The notes below the pieces were generated by a model. That model was given only the letters and a program-made list of their open reading frames with translations. It did not search any database and was not told where the DNA came from. 64,000 bases of DNA. Source: Mobula hypostoma (Eukaryota). The number at the start of each line of letters is the position of its first letter. Position 1 is the first letter of the stretch. The stretch is from NCBI RefSeq assembly GCF_963921235.1, contig NC_086101.1, forward strand, positions 9,426,001 to 9,490,000, read 5' to 3'. Positions 10,195 to 24,470 of this stretch are shown one piece after another. The translations under genes were made by a program, and so were the position numbers.

Positions 10195-12780
10195 ATTAGA
10201 CCATAAGATATAGGAGCAGAAGTAGGCCATTTGGGCCATCGAGTCTGTACTGCCATTCAATCATGGGCTGATCCAATTCTCCAGTCATCCCCACTCCCCT
10301 GCCTTCTCCCCATACCCTTTGATGCCCTGGCTAATCAAGAACCTATCTATCTCTGCCCTACATACACCCAGATGTTGAAAAGGCAAGATAGGCTGGATGT
10401 GGAGAGGATGTTCTCTACGGTGGAGTATCCACAACTATAGGGCAGAGCTTTTTCAAAATTGAGGGGCAACATGATAGAACAGAGGTAAGTAGGAATTCTT
10501 TTAGGCTGAGAGTGGCAAATCTGTTCTACACGTCAGATATGTGGAAAGCTCTGCCACAGAATGTGGTGGAGGCCAAGTCCATGTGTATACTTAAGGTGGA
10601 AGTTGATAGTTTCCTGATCGGTCAGGGCGAGAAGGCAGGTGTAGGTCATGGAGTGAGATCCAGGATCAGGCATGATGGAATGGCGGAGCAGACGCGATGG
10701 GCTGAATGGCCTAACTCTGCTCCTATTGACCCGGCCTCCACAGCCGCTCGTGGCAACAAATTCCACAGATTTACCACCCTCTCATGAAAGTAACTTCTCC
10801 GCATCTCAATTCTAAAAGGACGTCCTTCAATCCTGAAGTCGTGCCCACTTGTCCCAGAATCCCCTACCATGGGAAATAAATTTGCCATATCTAATCTGTT
10901 CAGCCTTTTAACATTCGGAATGTTTCTATGAGACCCCCCCTCACTCTTCTGAGCTCCAGGGAATACAGCCCAAGAGCTGCCAGATGTTTCTCGTACGGTA
11001 ACCCTTTCATTCCTGGAATCATTCTCGTCAATCTTCTTTGAACCCTTTCTAAATATATCCTTTCTAAAATAAGGAGCCCAAAATTGCACACTATACTCCA
11101 AGTGTGGTCTTACGAGTACTTATAGAGCCTCAACATCACATCCCTGCTCTTATATTTTATACCTCGAGAAATGAATGCCAATATTGCATTCGCCTTCTTC
11201 ACAACCAACTCAGCCTGGAGGAACACACATCAAAGTTGCTGGTGAATGCAGCAGACCAGGCAGCATCTCTAGGAAGAAGTACAGTCGAGGTTTCAGGCCG
11301 AGACCCTTCGTCAGGACTAACTGAAGGAAGAGTTAGTAAGGAGGTCAGTAACCTCCACCTGGAGGTTAACGTTTAGGGTATCTTGCACAAAGACTCCCAA
11401 GTCCCTTTGCATCTCTGCATTTTGAATTCTTTCCTATTCTCTTGTAATCTGTGGTCCACATCCCAGCTACTATTGGGAGGCCTGTATATACCATTGCATT
11501 CTCTTAACTCAGCCCACAATGATTCAACATCTTCCATTCCTATGTCACGTCTTTCTACTGATTTGATGCCATTCTTTACCAGTAGAGCCACACCACCCCC
11601 TCTGCCTACCTTTCTATCACTCCGATATAATGTGTAACCTTGGACATTCAGCTCCCAACTACAACCATCCTTCAGCCACAATTCAGTGATGGCCACAACA
11701 TCATACATGACAATCTGTAATAGTGCAACAAGATCATCCACCTTATTTCTTATCCTCCATGCATTGAAATATAACACTTTGAGTACTGCATTTGCTACCC
11801 TTTTTGATTTTGCATCCCTAATGCACTGATACTCACCCTGCTGGCTGCAATTATGACCTGTCATCTGCCTGCCCTTCCTGACAGTCTGATTGCAGGCTAT
11901 CTATGCTTTTTTTACCATCCATCCTACCCTGAGTCCCCTCACTCCAGTTCCCACCCCACTGCCAAATTAGTTTAAACCCTCCCCAACAGCTCTCACAAAC
12001 CTGCCCGCGAGAATTTTGGTTCCCCTCGGGTCCAGGTGCACCTTGTCACTTTTGTACAGGTCATGCCTCCCCCAGAAGAGATCCCAATGATCCAAGAACC
12101 TGAAGCCTTGCCCCCAGCACCAGCTTCTCAGCCATGCAGTAATTTGCCAAATCATCCTGTTTCTACCCACAGTGACGCGTGGCACAGGCAGCAATGGAGA
12201 AATTACTTCCTGGAAGGTCCTGCTTCTCAACTTTCTACCTAGCTCTCTAAGTTCTCTGTTCAGGACCTCTTTTCACTGCGCTAACTGCCTATTTGCATTT
12301 CCATTTCTCATGACAGACTCCCAGCTACTCGCCTCCTGCAACTTTGGTGTGACTACTTTCCAGTAATTCTGATCGATTATCTCCTCACTCTCCTCTACAA
12401 TCCGAAGGTCATCCAGCTGCTGCTCCAGATCCCGAATATAGTCTTCAGGGAGCTGGAGCCAGATGCACTTCACACAGATGGTGCTCACTGGGAGACTCTG
12501 GTCTCCCAGGACTCCAACATCCAGCATGAAGAACACACAACAGGCATTTACTACATGAGCTACAGTAAGAGAAAAAAAAGGGAAATTTAACAGAAGCTTA
12601 CCCAGAGTAATGCCTCTTTTAACGGTGAAACCTCCTTTGAGCCAAAGCCTGACACTCCTACTCTCACCACTGACCTAATCCCAACAATGGTAGCCCCGAC
12701 AATGGCCGCTCCACTTGTCCCTTCTCTACTTTTAAACAAGTGTCGCAAACCTGCTGGAAACCTCCTCACTGTGGCCTGCT
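10195..12780 (-). mobile_element. Internally deleted CR1 LINE (5'UTR, ORF1, APE start, RT end), with a nested + strand CR1 3' fragment (about 10371-10727) and a Penelope pLTR fragment (about 11222-11345)
   Basis: ORF1 remnants 11967-12536; VLYFNAWRIRNK (11373-11864) joined directly to the RT C-terminus; hammerhead-like motif at 11283-11318 (-) with ACCU stem III. Confidence 0.75.
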
Positions 12781-13154
12781 CATGCCTCTAATCGGGTCGT
12801 CGGAATTGAAGTTAATTCCGGCACCAACTCCACCTGTTGGGAAGCATCACTGTCACATGGTCAGCTGGAGATGTCAAATCCCTGAACAGACTGACACAGG
12901 GACAACATACAACCAATACACGGCACTGTTATGTGAACCACTGCATCCTGATCCCATTCACACTGGACAAATACGCCAATGCATGAGTTTGAATCCCAAC
13001 ACAGTAGCTCTGGAATTAACATTCAATGAATGACATTAAAGGGGATAAAATCTGGTATCACTGTGGTGACAGGGAATTGTCAGAAAAATACACCAGTCCT
13101 TCGAGCCACTCACCGTGTCTGACCTGTCCGTGACCGCAGTCTGATTGACTCAGC

Positions 13155-13171
13155 TCTGCCCCCTGCTGGAC
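13155..13171 (-). promoter_or_regulatory. Candidate CTCF-binding motif
   Basis: Minus strand CCAGCAGGGGGCA matches the CTCF core, in a short non-TE island. Confidence 0.45.
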
Positions 13172-13364
13172 TCGCGAGTCTCACTGTTGTTATCAAACCA
13201 GCACATTGAAGCATCGTCAGACTGAGCCCGGACACACTGATCAGCATTGACCTCGGTGAATGATGGGAGAAGATCATGTAACCAGCCTGGCAAATCTCCC
13301 TCACACACATGCACAAGCACGATTGATAGATTGTAGTCAGAGCCTCAGCATTACACATTGTTAG

Positions 13365-13366
<2 letters not shown>

Positions 13367-13398
<32 letters not shown>
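13367..13398. repeat. (AC)16 microsatellite
   Basis: Direct reading. Confidence 0.97.
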
Positions 13399-13399
<1 letters not shown>

Positions 13400-14600
13400 A
13401 GTGATAAATACCCAGACACACCAGCAGACTGGGACACATCGTCAGAGACACAGACACAAATTTACATTTAAGAATGAAATCTGCCACCTTTATCCAATCT
13501 GCCTGATTTTGTGGCACTGAACTGCCCTCTGAACTGATGTCACACCAACAGTTCACAGACAGACTCCAGGGTGAGATTCCTCAGGAGGATGATCTGGGAA
13601 GGGGTTTGGTAGATGTTGAACCCATGGCCCAACTCATCCATCCGGGCTAAAATGTCTTCTTGAGTAAGCCCCATTTCCGTGTGTTTGTCCCATATCCCTC
13701 CAACCATTTCCTATCTGTGTACCTGTCTAAATTTATTTTAAAATATTTTAATTAAACCATAGACCATAAGACTAAGATATAGGAGCAGAATTAGGCCATT
13801 TTGCCCATTGAGTCTGCTCTGCCATTTCATCGTAGCTGATCCAATTTTCCTCTCGGCCCAGATCTCCTGCCATCTCCCCACATCCCTTCATGCCCTGACC
13901 AGTCAAGAATCTATCAATCTCTGCCTTAAATATACATAAAGACTTGACCTCCACCTCAACTTGTGGCAAAGAATTCCACAGATTCACCACTCTCTGGCTA
14001 CAGAAATTCCTCCACATCTCCATCCTAAAAGAATGCTTCCCCATTTTGAGACTGTGTCCTCTGGTCTTAGACTCTCCCACCACAGGAAACATCCTCTCCA
14101 TATCCACTCTATCAAATCCTTTCAATGATAGATTTCAATGAGATCACCCCTCATTCTTCTGAATTCCAGTGAATACAGGCCCAGAGCCATCAAACGCCGC
14201 TCATATGACAAGCCATTCAACACTAGAATCATTTTCATGAACTCGTTTGAACCCTCTCCAGTTTCAGCTCATCCTTTCTGAGATAAAGGGCCCAAACCTG
14301 CTCACAATACTCCAGGTGAGGTCTGACCAGGGCCTTATAAAGTTTCAACATTACATCCTTGCTTTTATGTTCTAGTCTTCTTGAAATGAATCCTAACATC
14401 AGATTTCCCTTCCTCACCACAGACTCAATCTGCAAATTAACATTTACGGAATCCTGCACAAGATCTCCCAACTCCCTTTGCCCCTCAGTTTTTTTTATAT
14501 TTTCTCTCCATTTAGAAAATAGTTAAGACTTATGTTTTTTTCACCAAAGTGCACGACCATACACTTCCCGACACTGTATTCCATCTGCCATTTCTTTGCC

Positions 14601-17600
14601 TGAAGAGAGATTTGCAGGATTTAGGAAGGAAGCTGAGAAGCAGGACCTCCAGAGTAGTAATCTCGGGATTGCTACCTGTGCCACGTGCTAGTGAGGGCAA
14701 GAATCGTAGGATCAGGCAGATGAATGTATGGCTAAGAGACTGGTGCAGGGGGCAGGGCTTCAGATTCTTGGATAATTGGGATCTCTTCTGGGGGAAGAAT
14801 GACCTGTTCAAAAAGGACAGATTACACCTGAACCCGAAGGGGACCAATATCCTGGTGGGAAAGTTTAATGGAGCTGTTAGGGAGGGTTTAAACTAATTTG
14901 GCAGGGGGATGGGAACTGGAATGACAGAGCAGAGGAAGGGGAAAACAGAAATAAGTCTAAGATAGTGAGCAGGAAAGACAGGCAGGTGATGGGCAAATTT
15001 GTAGCCATTGGGATGAGTTGCAGTGCAATAAAGTTGCAGTGAAATCAAAGCGAAAAGTACTAAATACTGGTCTTAAGGTGTTATACTTAAATGCACGCAG
15101 CATAAGGAATAAGGTGGATGATCTTGTTGTACAGCTACAGATTGGCAGGTATGATATTGTGGCCATCACTGAGACATGGCTAAAGGATGCATGTCTCTGG
15201 GAGCTGAACATCCGAGGATACACGGTGTATCAGAAGGACAGGAAGGGAGGCAGAGGGGAAGGCGTGGCTTTATTGGTAAGAAATTATATTAAATCATTAG
15301 AAAGAGGTGATATAGGATCGGAAGGTGCAGAATCTTTATGGGTTGAGCTGAGAAGTTGCAGGGGTAAGAGGACCCTGATGGCAGTTATTTATAAGCCTCC
15401 AAACAGCTGCAGGGATGCGGACTACAAATTACAACAGGAAATAGAAAAGGCTTGTCAGAAGGGCAGTGTTGTGATAATTGTGGGGGATTTTAACCTGCGA
15501 GTGGATTGGGAAAATCAGGTCGGCACTGGATCTCAAGAGAGAGAATTTGTAGAATGTCTGCGAGATGGCTTTTTAGAACAGCTTGTTGTTGAGCCCACTA
15601 GGGGATCGGCTGTACTGGATTGGGTATTGTGTAATGAACCGGAGGTGATTAGAGAGATTGAGGTGAAGGAACCCTAAGGAGACAGTGATCATACATAATT
15701 GAGTTCACTGTGAAATTTGAAAAAGAGAAGCCGAAATCTGATGTGTCGGTATTTCAGTGGAGTAAAGGAAATTACAGTGGCATGAGAGAGGAACTGGCCA
15801 AAGTTGACTGGAAAGGGACACTGGCGGGAAAGACAGCAGAGCAGCAGTGGCTGGAGTTTATGTGAGAAGTGAGGAAGGTGCAAGACAGGTATATTCCAAA
15901 AAAGAATAAATTTTCGACTAGAAAAAGGATGCAACTGTGGTTGACAAGAGAAGTCAAAGCCAAAGTTAAAGCAAAGGAGAGGGCATACAAGGAAGCAAAA
16001 ATTAGTGGGAAGACAGAGGATTGGGAAGTTTTTAAAACCTTACAAAAGGAAACCAAGAAGGTCGTTAAGAGAGAAAAGATTAGCCATGAAAGGAAGCTAG
16101 CAAATAATATCAAAGAGGATACTAAAAGCTTTTCCAAGTATATAAAGAGTAAAAGACAGGTGAGAGTAGATATAGGACCGATAGAAAATGATGCTGGAGA
16201 AATTGTCATGGGAGATAAGGAGATGGCAGAGGAACTGAACGAGTATTTTGCATCAGTCTTCACTGAGGAAGACATCAGCAGTATACCAGACACTCAAGGG
16301 TGGCAGGAAAGAGAAGTGTGCGCAGTCACAATTACGACAGAGAAAGTACTCAGGAAGCTGAATAGTCTAAAGGTAGATATATCTCCTGGACCAGATGGAA
16401 TGCGCCCTCATGTTCTGAAGGAAGTAGCTGTGGAGATTGCGGAGGCATTAGCGATGATCTTTCAAAAGTCGATACATTCTGGCATGGTTCCGGAGGACTG
16501 GAAGATTGCAAATGTCACTCCACTATTTATGAAGGGGGCAAGGAAGCAAAAAGGAAATTATAGACCTGTTAGCTTGACATTGGTGGTTGGGAAGTTGTTG
16601 GAGTCGATTGTCAAGGATGAGGTTACAGAGTACCTGGAGGCATATGACAAGATAGGCAGAACTCAGCATGGATTCCTTAAAGGAAAATCCTGCCTGACAA
16701 ACCTATTACAATTTTTTGAGGAAATTACCAGTAGGTTAGAAAAGGGAGATGCAGTGGATGTTGTACATTTGGATTTTCAGAAGGCTTTTGACAAGGTGGC
16801 ATACGTGAGGCTGCTAAACAAGATAAGAGCCCATGGAATTACGGGAAAGTTACACACGTGGGTAGAGCGTTGGCTGATTGGCAGGAAACAGAGAGTGGGA
16901 ATAAAGGGATCCTGTTCTGGTTGGCTGCCGGTTACCAGTGGTGTTCCACAGGGGTCTGTGTTGGGGCCGCTTCTTTTTACATTGTACATCAACGATTTGG
17001 ATTATGAAATCGATGGCTTTGTGGCTAAGTTTGCTGATGATACGAAGATAGGTGGAGGGGCCCGTAGTGCTGAGGAAAGGGAGAGTCTGCAGAGAGACTT
17101 GGATAGATTGGAAGAATGGGCAAAGATGTGGCAAATGAAGTACAATGTTGGAAAGTGTATGGTGATGCACTGTGGCAGAAAAAATAAATGGGCAGACTAT
17201 TATTTAAATGGGGAAAGAATTCAAAGTTCGGAGATGCAACAGGACTTGGGAGGCCTCATACAGGATACCCTTAAGGTTATCCTCCAGGTTGAGTCGGTAG
17301 TGAAGAAGGCGAATGCAATGTTGGCATTCATTTCTAGAGGAATAGAGTATAGGAGCAGGGATGTGATGTTGAGGCTCTATAAAGCGCTGGTGAGACCTCA
17401 CTTAGAGTACTGTGGGCAGTTTTGGTCTCCTTATTTAAGAAAGGATGTGCTGACGTTGGAGAGGGTACAGAGAAGAATCACTAGAATGATTCCAGGAATG
17501 AGAAGGTTAACATATGAGGAACATTTGTCTGCTTTCGGACTGTATTCCTTGGAGTTTAGAAGAATGAGGGGAGACCTCATAGAAATATTTTGAATGCTGA

Positions 17601-17957
17601 AAGGCATGGACAGAGTGGATGTGGCAAAGTTGTTTCCCATGATGGGGGAGTCTAGTATGAGAGGGCATGACTTAAGGATTGAAGGGCGCCCATTCAGAAC
17701 AGAAATGCGAAGAAATTTTTTTCGTTAGAGGGTGGTGAATCTATGGAATTTGTTGCCATGGGCAGCAGTGAAGGCCAAGTCATTGGGTGTATTTAAGGCA
17801 GAGATTGATAGGTATCTGAGTAGCCAGGGCATCAAAGATTATGGTGAGAAGGCGGGGGAGTGGGACTAAATGGGAGAATGGATCAGATCATGATAGAATG
17901 GCGGAGCAGACTCCATGGGCCGAATGGCCAGTTTCTGGTTCTTTGTTTTATGGTCTT
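14601..17957 (+). mobile_element. Young 5'-truncated CR1 LINE (ORF1 end, APE-RT ORF2 with a few stops)
   Basis: ORFs 15018-15677 (APE) and 15869-17593 ([18 protein letters not shown]); TATGGTCT tail; highly similar to 51504-55917. Confidence 0.92.
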
Positions 17958-18915
17958 ATTCTCCAAAATTATCTAAGTCCTTCTGTAGCTTCTCTACCTC
18001 CTCAAAAGTACCTGCCCTTCCACCTATCTTCATATCATCTGCAAACTCTTTAACAAAGCCATTAAAACTATCATTCAAATAATTGACATACAATGTAAAA
18101 AGAATCAGTCCCAACACAGACCCCTGTGGAATACCACTAGCCACTGGCAGCCAGGCAGAAAAGGCTCCATTTATTCCCACTCTTTGCCTCCTGCCAATCA
18201 GCCACTGCTTTGTCCATACCAGGATCTTTCCTGTAATACCGTGGGCTTGTAGCTTGTTAAGTAGCCTCATGTGTGGCACCTTGTCAAAGACTTTCTGAAA
18301 ATCCAAGTACACAACATCAATGATTCTTCTTTGTTGATCTGGCTTGTTATTTCTTCAAAGAATTCCAACAGATTTGTCAGGCAAGATTTTCCCTTGAGGA
18401 AACCATGCTGACTACGGCCTATTTTATCCTGTGCCTCCAAGTACCCTGACAACTCCTCCTCAATAATCAACTTCAACATCTTCCCAGCCACTGAGGTCAG
18501 ACTAACTGGCCCAGAGTTTCCTTTATTCTGCCTCTCTCTTCTTGAACAGTGGAGAGACATTTAGAACTTTCCAGTCTTCCAGAACCATTCAAGAATCTAG
18601 TGATTCTTGAAGGATCATTACTAATGCCTCCACGATCTCTTCAGCCACCTCTTTCAGAACTCTGGCATGTACACCATCTAGTCCAGGTGACAGCTACCTT
18701 AATATCTTTCAGTTTCCCACGAACCTGTTCTCTGGTAATGCGAACTTCACGCACGGCATGCCATCTGACACCTGTAACTTCCACCATCCTGCTCGTCTCT
18801 TCCACAGTGAAGACTGATGCAAAATACGTCTTCAGTTCATCCACCCCTTCATTGTCCCCCATTACTACCTCCCCAACATTGTTTTCCAGCAGTCTGATAT
18901 CCACTCTTGCCTCCC

Positions 18916-21900
18916 TCTAATCCAGAAAATAGCGTCTCCCGCGTACTAATTTCTAGATTGCCCCCTATGCCACGTGTCAGTGAGGGTAGAAACAGGATGA
19001 TTTGGCAGATAAATGTGTGGCTGAGAAGCTGGTGCAGGGACAGGGTTTCAGGTTCTTGGATCATTGGGATCTCTTCTGGGGGAGGTATGACATGTTCAAT
19101 AGTGATGGGTTGCACCTGAACCGAGGGGAACCAATATTCTCGCGGGCAGGTTTGTTAGAGCTGTTGGGGACAGTTTAAACTAATGTGGTAGCGGGGTGGG
19201 AACCATGGTGAAGGGACTCAGGATAGGACGGATAGTGAAAAATAAAGATAGCGTGCAGTCAGACTGTCAGGAAGGGCAGGCATGTGATGGGCCTCAGTTG
19301 CAGTCAACAGGCTGAGTATCAAAACATTAGGGATGCAGAATCAGAAAGGACAGCAAATACGGTACTCAAGGTGATGTATCTAAATGCACGTAGTGTAAGA
19401 AGTAAAGTGTATGATCTTGTTGCACGATTACAAATTGCCAGGTATGATGTTGTAGCCATCACTGAATCGTGGCTGAAGGATGGTTGTAGTTGGGAGCTGA
19501 ATATCCAAGGTTACACATTATATCGGAGTGATAGGAAGGTAGGCAGAGGGGGTGGTGTGGCTCTACTGGTAAAGAATGGCATCAAATCACTAGAAGAATG
19601 TGACATAGGATCGGAAGATGTTGAATACTTGTGGGTTGAGTTAAGAAACTGCAAGGATAAAAAGACATTGATGGCAGTTATATACAGGCCTCCCAACAGA
19701 GCTGGGAATTGGAACACAGATTACAACAGGAAATGGAACAGGCATGTCAAAAGGGCAATGTTATGGTAGTGATGGGAGATTTTAACATGCAGGTCGATTT
19801 GGGAAATCAGGTTGGTAATGGATCTCAAGAGAGTGAGTTTGTTGAATGCCTAAGCGATGGCATTTAAATCAGTTTGCATTGGTCTACCAGGGGATGAGCT
19901 ATACTGGACTGGTTGTTATGTAATGAACCGGACGCGATTAGGGAACTGAAGGTAAAAGAACTCTTCAGAACCAGTGATCACAGTATGATTGAGTTCAACC
20001 TGTAACTGGATAGGGAGAAAGTAAAGGCTGATGTAGCAGTATTTCAGTGGAGTAAGGGAAATTACAGTGGTATGAGAGGAGTTGGCTGAAGTAAATTGGA
20101 AAGAGCTGCTGGCAGGGATGTCAGCAGAGCAGCAATGGTGTGCGTTTCTGGGAAAAATGAGGAAGGTGCAGGACATGAGTATTTCTTCATTTCTTCCAAA
20201 AATGAAGAAATACTCAAATGGTAAAATAGTACAACCGTGGCTGACAAGGGAAGTCAAAGCTATTGTAAAAGCAAAAGAAAGAGCAGACAACAAACCAAAA
20301 ATTAGTGGGATGATAGCGGATTGGGAAGTTTTTAAAAACCTACAGAGAGCAACTAAAAAAATCATTGGAAGGGAAAAATATGAAATATGAAAGCAAGCTA
20401 GCAAATAATATCAAAGTAGACGGTAAAAGTTTTTTCAAGTGTGTTAAAAATAACAGAGAAATGAGAGTGGATATAGGACCGCTAGAAAATGAGGCAGGAG
20501 AAATAATAACAGGGCACAAGGAGACGGCTGATGAACTAAATGAGTATTTGCATCAGTCTTCACTGTGGAAGACACTAGCAGTGTGCCTGATGTTGTAGTG
20601 TGTGAAGGAAGAGAAGTTGGTGAAGTTACTGTTACAAGAGAGAAGGTGCTCAAAAAGCTGAAAGACCTAAAGGTTCATAAGTCACCCAGACCAGAGGAAC
20701 TGCACCCTAATGTTTTGAAAGAGATCGCATTAGAGATTGTGGTGGCATTAGAAATGACCTTTCAAAAATGATTGGACTCTGGCATGGTGTCAGACGTCTG
20801 GAAATTTGCAAATGTCACTCCACTCTTTAAGAAAGGAGGAAGGCAGCAGAAAGGAAATTATAGACCAATTAGCCTGGCTTCAGTGGTTGGGAAGATGTTT
20901 GAGTCAATTGTTAAGGATAAGGTGATGGAGTACATGGTGACACAGGAAGAGATAGTATAAAGTCAGCATGGTTTCCTTCAGGGAAAATCCTGCCTGACGA
21001 ACATGTTGGAATTCTTTGAGGAGATTACAAGTAGGATAGACAAAGGGGCTGCAGTGGATGTTGTGTATTTGGACATTCAGAAGGCCTTTGACAAGGTCCC
21101 ACACAAAAGGCTGCTTACCGAGTTAGAGCCCATGTTATACAGGGAAGATACTGGCATGGTTACAGCATTGACTGATTGGAAGGAGGCAGCAAGAGGGAAC
21201 CAAAGGATCATTTTCTGGTTGGCTGTCAGTGACTTGTGGTGTTCGGCAGGGGTCAGTGTTGGGACCACTTCTTTTTATGCTGTATATTAACGATTTAGAT
21301 GATGGAATAGATGGTTTTTTTTCCAAGTTTGCAGATGATACAAAGATTGGTGGATGGGCAGGTCACTTTGAGGAAACAGGTGGGATGCAGAAGGACTTAG
21401 ACACATTAAGAGTATGGGCAAGAAAGTGGCAAATGAAATACAATGTTGGAAAATGTATGGTCATGCACATTGCTAGTAGAAATAAATGTGCAGACTATTT
21501 TCTAAATGGGATCTGAGATCTAAATCTGAGATGCACAGGGACTTGGGAGTCCTTGTGTAGAACACCCTAAAGGTTAACTTGCAGGTTGAGTCGGTGGTGA
21601 GGAAGGCAAATGCCATGTTAGCATTCATTTCAAGAGGTCTAGGATACAAGAGCAAGGATGTGATGCTGAGGCTTTAAAAGTCACTGGTGAGGCCTCACCT
21701 TGAATATTGTGAACAGTTTTGGGCACCTCATCTGAGGAAGATGTGCTGGCATTGGAGAGGTTCCAGAGGAGGTTCACAAGGATAATGCCAGGAATGAAAG
21801 GGTTATCTTACAAGGAACGTTTCATGGCTCTGGGTCTGTACTCGCTGAAATTCAGAAGGATGATGGGGGGCGGGGGGGGAATCTCATTGAAACTTTTCGA

Positions 21901-22270
21901 ATCTTGAAAGGCATAGACAGAGTAGATGTGGAAAGGATGGTTCCCATGGTAGGAGAGTCCAGGACAAGAGGGCACAGCCTCAGGATAGAGGGGCGCCCTT
22001 TCAAAACAGAGATGAGGAGAAATTTCTTTAGCCAAAGGGTGGTGAGTTTGTTAAATTTGTTGCCACATGCAGCTGTGGAGGACAGGTCGTTGGGTGTATT
22101 TAAGGCAGAGATTTATAAGTTTTTGAATGGACATGGTTTCAAAGGTTACGGGGAGAAGGCTGGAAACTGGGTTTGAGGAGGAAATAAAAAATAGGATCAG
22201 CCATGATTGAATGGCGGAGCAGAGTTGATGGGCAGATGGCCTAATTCTACTCCCATGTCTTATGGTCTTT
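18916..22270 (+). mobile_element. 5'-truncated CR1 LINE, frameshifted
   Basis: APE 19284-19769; RT pieces 20082-22176 with FADDTK; TATGGTCT tail. Confidence 0.88.
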
Positions 22271-22505
22271 TAAATTTTATGTATCTGAAGAAACTTTTGT
22301 TGTCCTTTTTAATATTATTGGCTAACTTAGTTTTGTAATCCCTCTTTACCTTAATGACTTTTTTAGTTGCCTTTTGAAAGCTTCCCAATCCTCTGACTTT
22401 CCACTACTCTTTGCTCTGTTTTATGCCCTCTCTTTGGCTTTTATGTTGGCTTTGACTTCTCTTGTTAGCCACATCCTGCCTTCAGAGTACTTATTCTGTG
22501 GGATG

Positions 22506-24470
22506 TAGAAACAAAAAGACATAGAAAACCTACAGCACAATACAGGCCCTTAGGCCCACAAAGCTGTGCCGAACATGTCCTTACCTGAGAATTTACCTAG
22601 GGTTACCCAAAGCCCTCTATTTTTCTAAGATTCATGTACCTATCCAGGAGGCTCTTGAACGACCCTATCGTATCTGCCTCCACCACCGTCACCAGCAGCC
22701 CATTCCACGCACTCACCACACTCTGTGTTTAAAAAAAAACTTACTCTTGACATCTCCTCTGTACCTACTTCCAAGCAGCTTAAAACTGTGCCCTCTTATA
22801 TTAGCCATTTCAGCCCTGGGAAAAAGCCTCTGACTATCCACACGATCAATACCTCTCATCATCTTATGCACCTCTATCAGGTCACTTCTCATCGTCTGTC
22901 GCTCCAAGGAAAAAAGGCCGAGTTCACTCAACCTATTCTCATAAGGCATGCTTCCCAATCCAGGCAGCATCCTTGTGAATATCCTCGCCATCCTTTGCAT
23001 GGTTTCCACATCCTTCCTGTAGTGAGGTGACCGGAATTGAGCACAGCACTCCAAGTGGGGTCTGACCAGGGTCCTATATTACTGCAACATTATCTCTCAG
23101 CTCCTAAACTCATTACCTCAATTGATGAAGGCCTATGCACTGCCTGCCTTCTTAACTACAGAGTCAACCTACGTAGCAGCTTTGAGTGTCCGATGGACTC
23201 CGACCCCAAGAACCCTCTGATCCTCCACACTGCCAAGAGTCCAAGTGTCATTAATACTATATTCTGCCATCATATTTGACCTGTCAGAATGAACCACCTT
23301 ACAGTTATCTGGGTTGAACTCCATCTGCCTCTTCTCAGCCCAGTTTTGCATCCTATCAATTTCCCGCTGTAACCTCTGACAGCCCTCCACACTATCCACA
23401 ACACCCCAACCTTTGTGTCATCAGCAAATTTACTAACCCATCCCTCCACTTCCTCCTGCAGGTCATTTATAAAAATCACGAACAGTAGGGGTCCCAAAAC
23501 AGATCCCTGAGGCACACCACTGGTCCCCGACCTCCATGCATAATATGACCATTCTACAACCACTCTTTGCCTTCTGTGGGTAAGCCAGTTCTGGATCCAC
23601 AAAGCAATGTCCCCTTGGATCCCATGCTTCCTTACTTTCTCAAAAAGCCTTGCATGGGGTATCTTGTCAAATGCCTTGCTGAAATCCATATACTTTTCTA
23701 CCATCATCAATGTGTTTAGTCACATCCTCCAAAATTCAATCAGGCTTGTAAGGCACGACCTGCCTTTGACAAAGCCATGCTGACTATTCCTAATCATATT
23801 ATGCCTCTCCAAATGTTCATAAATCCTGCCCCTCAGGATCTTCTCCTTCAACTTACCAACCACTGAAGTAAGACTCACTGGTCTATAATTTCCTGGGCTA
23901 TCCCGACTCGCTTTCTTGAATAAGAGAACAACATCCGCAACCCTCCAATCCTCCAGAAACTCTCCAGAGGTTCAGCAATCTCCTTCCTCGCTTCCCACAG
24001 TAGCCTGGGGTACATCTCGTCTGGTCCCAGTGACTTATCCAACTTGATACTTTACAAAAGCTCCAGCACGTCCTCTTTCTTAATATCTACATGATCAAGC
24101 TTTTCAGACCGTTGTAAACCATCCCTACAAACGCCAAGATCCTTTTCCATGGTGAATACTGAAGCAAAGTATTCATTAAGTACCTCTGCTATCTCCTCTG
24201 GTTCCATGTACACTTTTCCACTGTCACACTTGATTGATCCTATTCTCTCACATCTTATCCTCTTCACATATTTGTAGAATGCCCTGGGATTTTCCTTCAT
24301 CCTGTCCTAATCCTATTTGTTTCCCTGAGAACATCTGTTTCCAATTTATGCTTCCAAGTTCCTGCCTGATAGCCTCATATTTCCCCTTACTCCAATTAAA
24401 CGCTTTCCTAACTTGCCTGTTCCTATCCCTCTCCAATGCTATGGTAAAGGAAATAGAATTGTGATCACAG
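22506..24470 (-). mobile_element. CR1 LINE (second family) 3' portion with internal deletions
   Basis: [26 protein letters not shown] (23270-23710); CATAGAAA-type tail at 22506. Confidence 0.85.

Larger units (their letters stand above)
13757..22505 (-). mobile_element. CR1 LINE split into three pieces (about 13757-14600, 17958-18915, 22270-22505) by two younger + strand CR1 insertions
   Basis: RT sequence is colinear across the junctions (..KWQMEY/FADDMKIGG..; DIRLLENN..). Confidence 0.7.
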
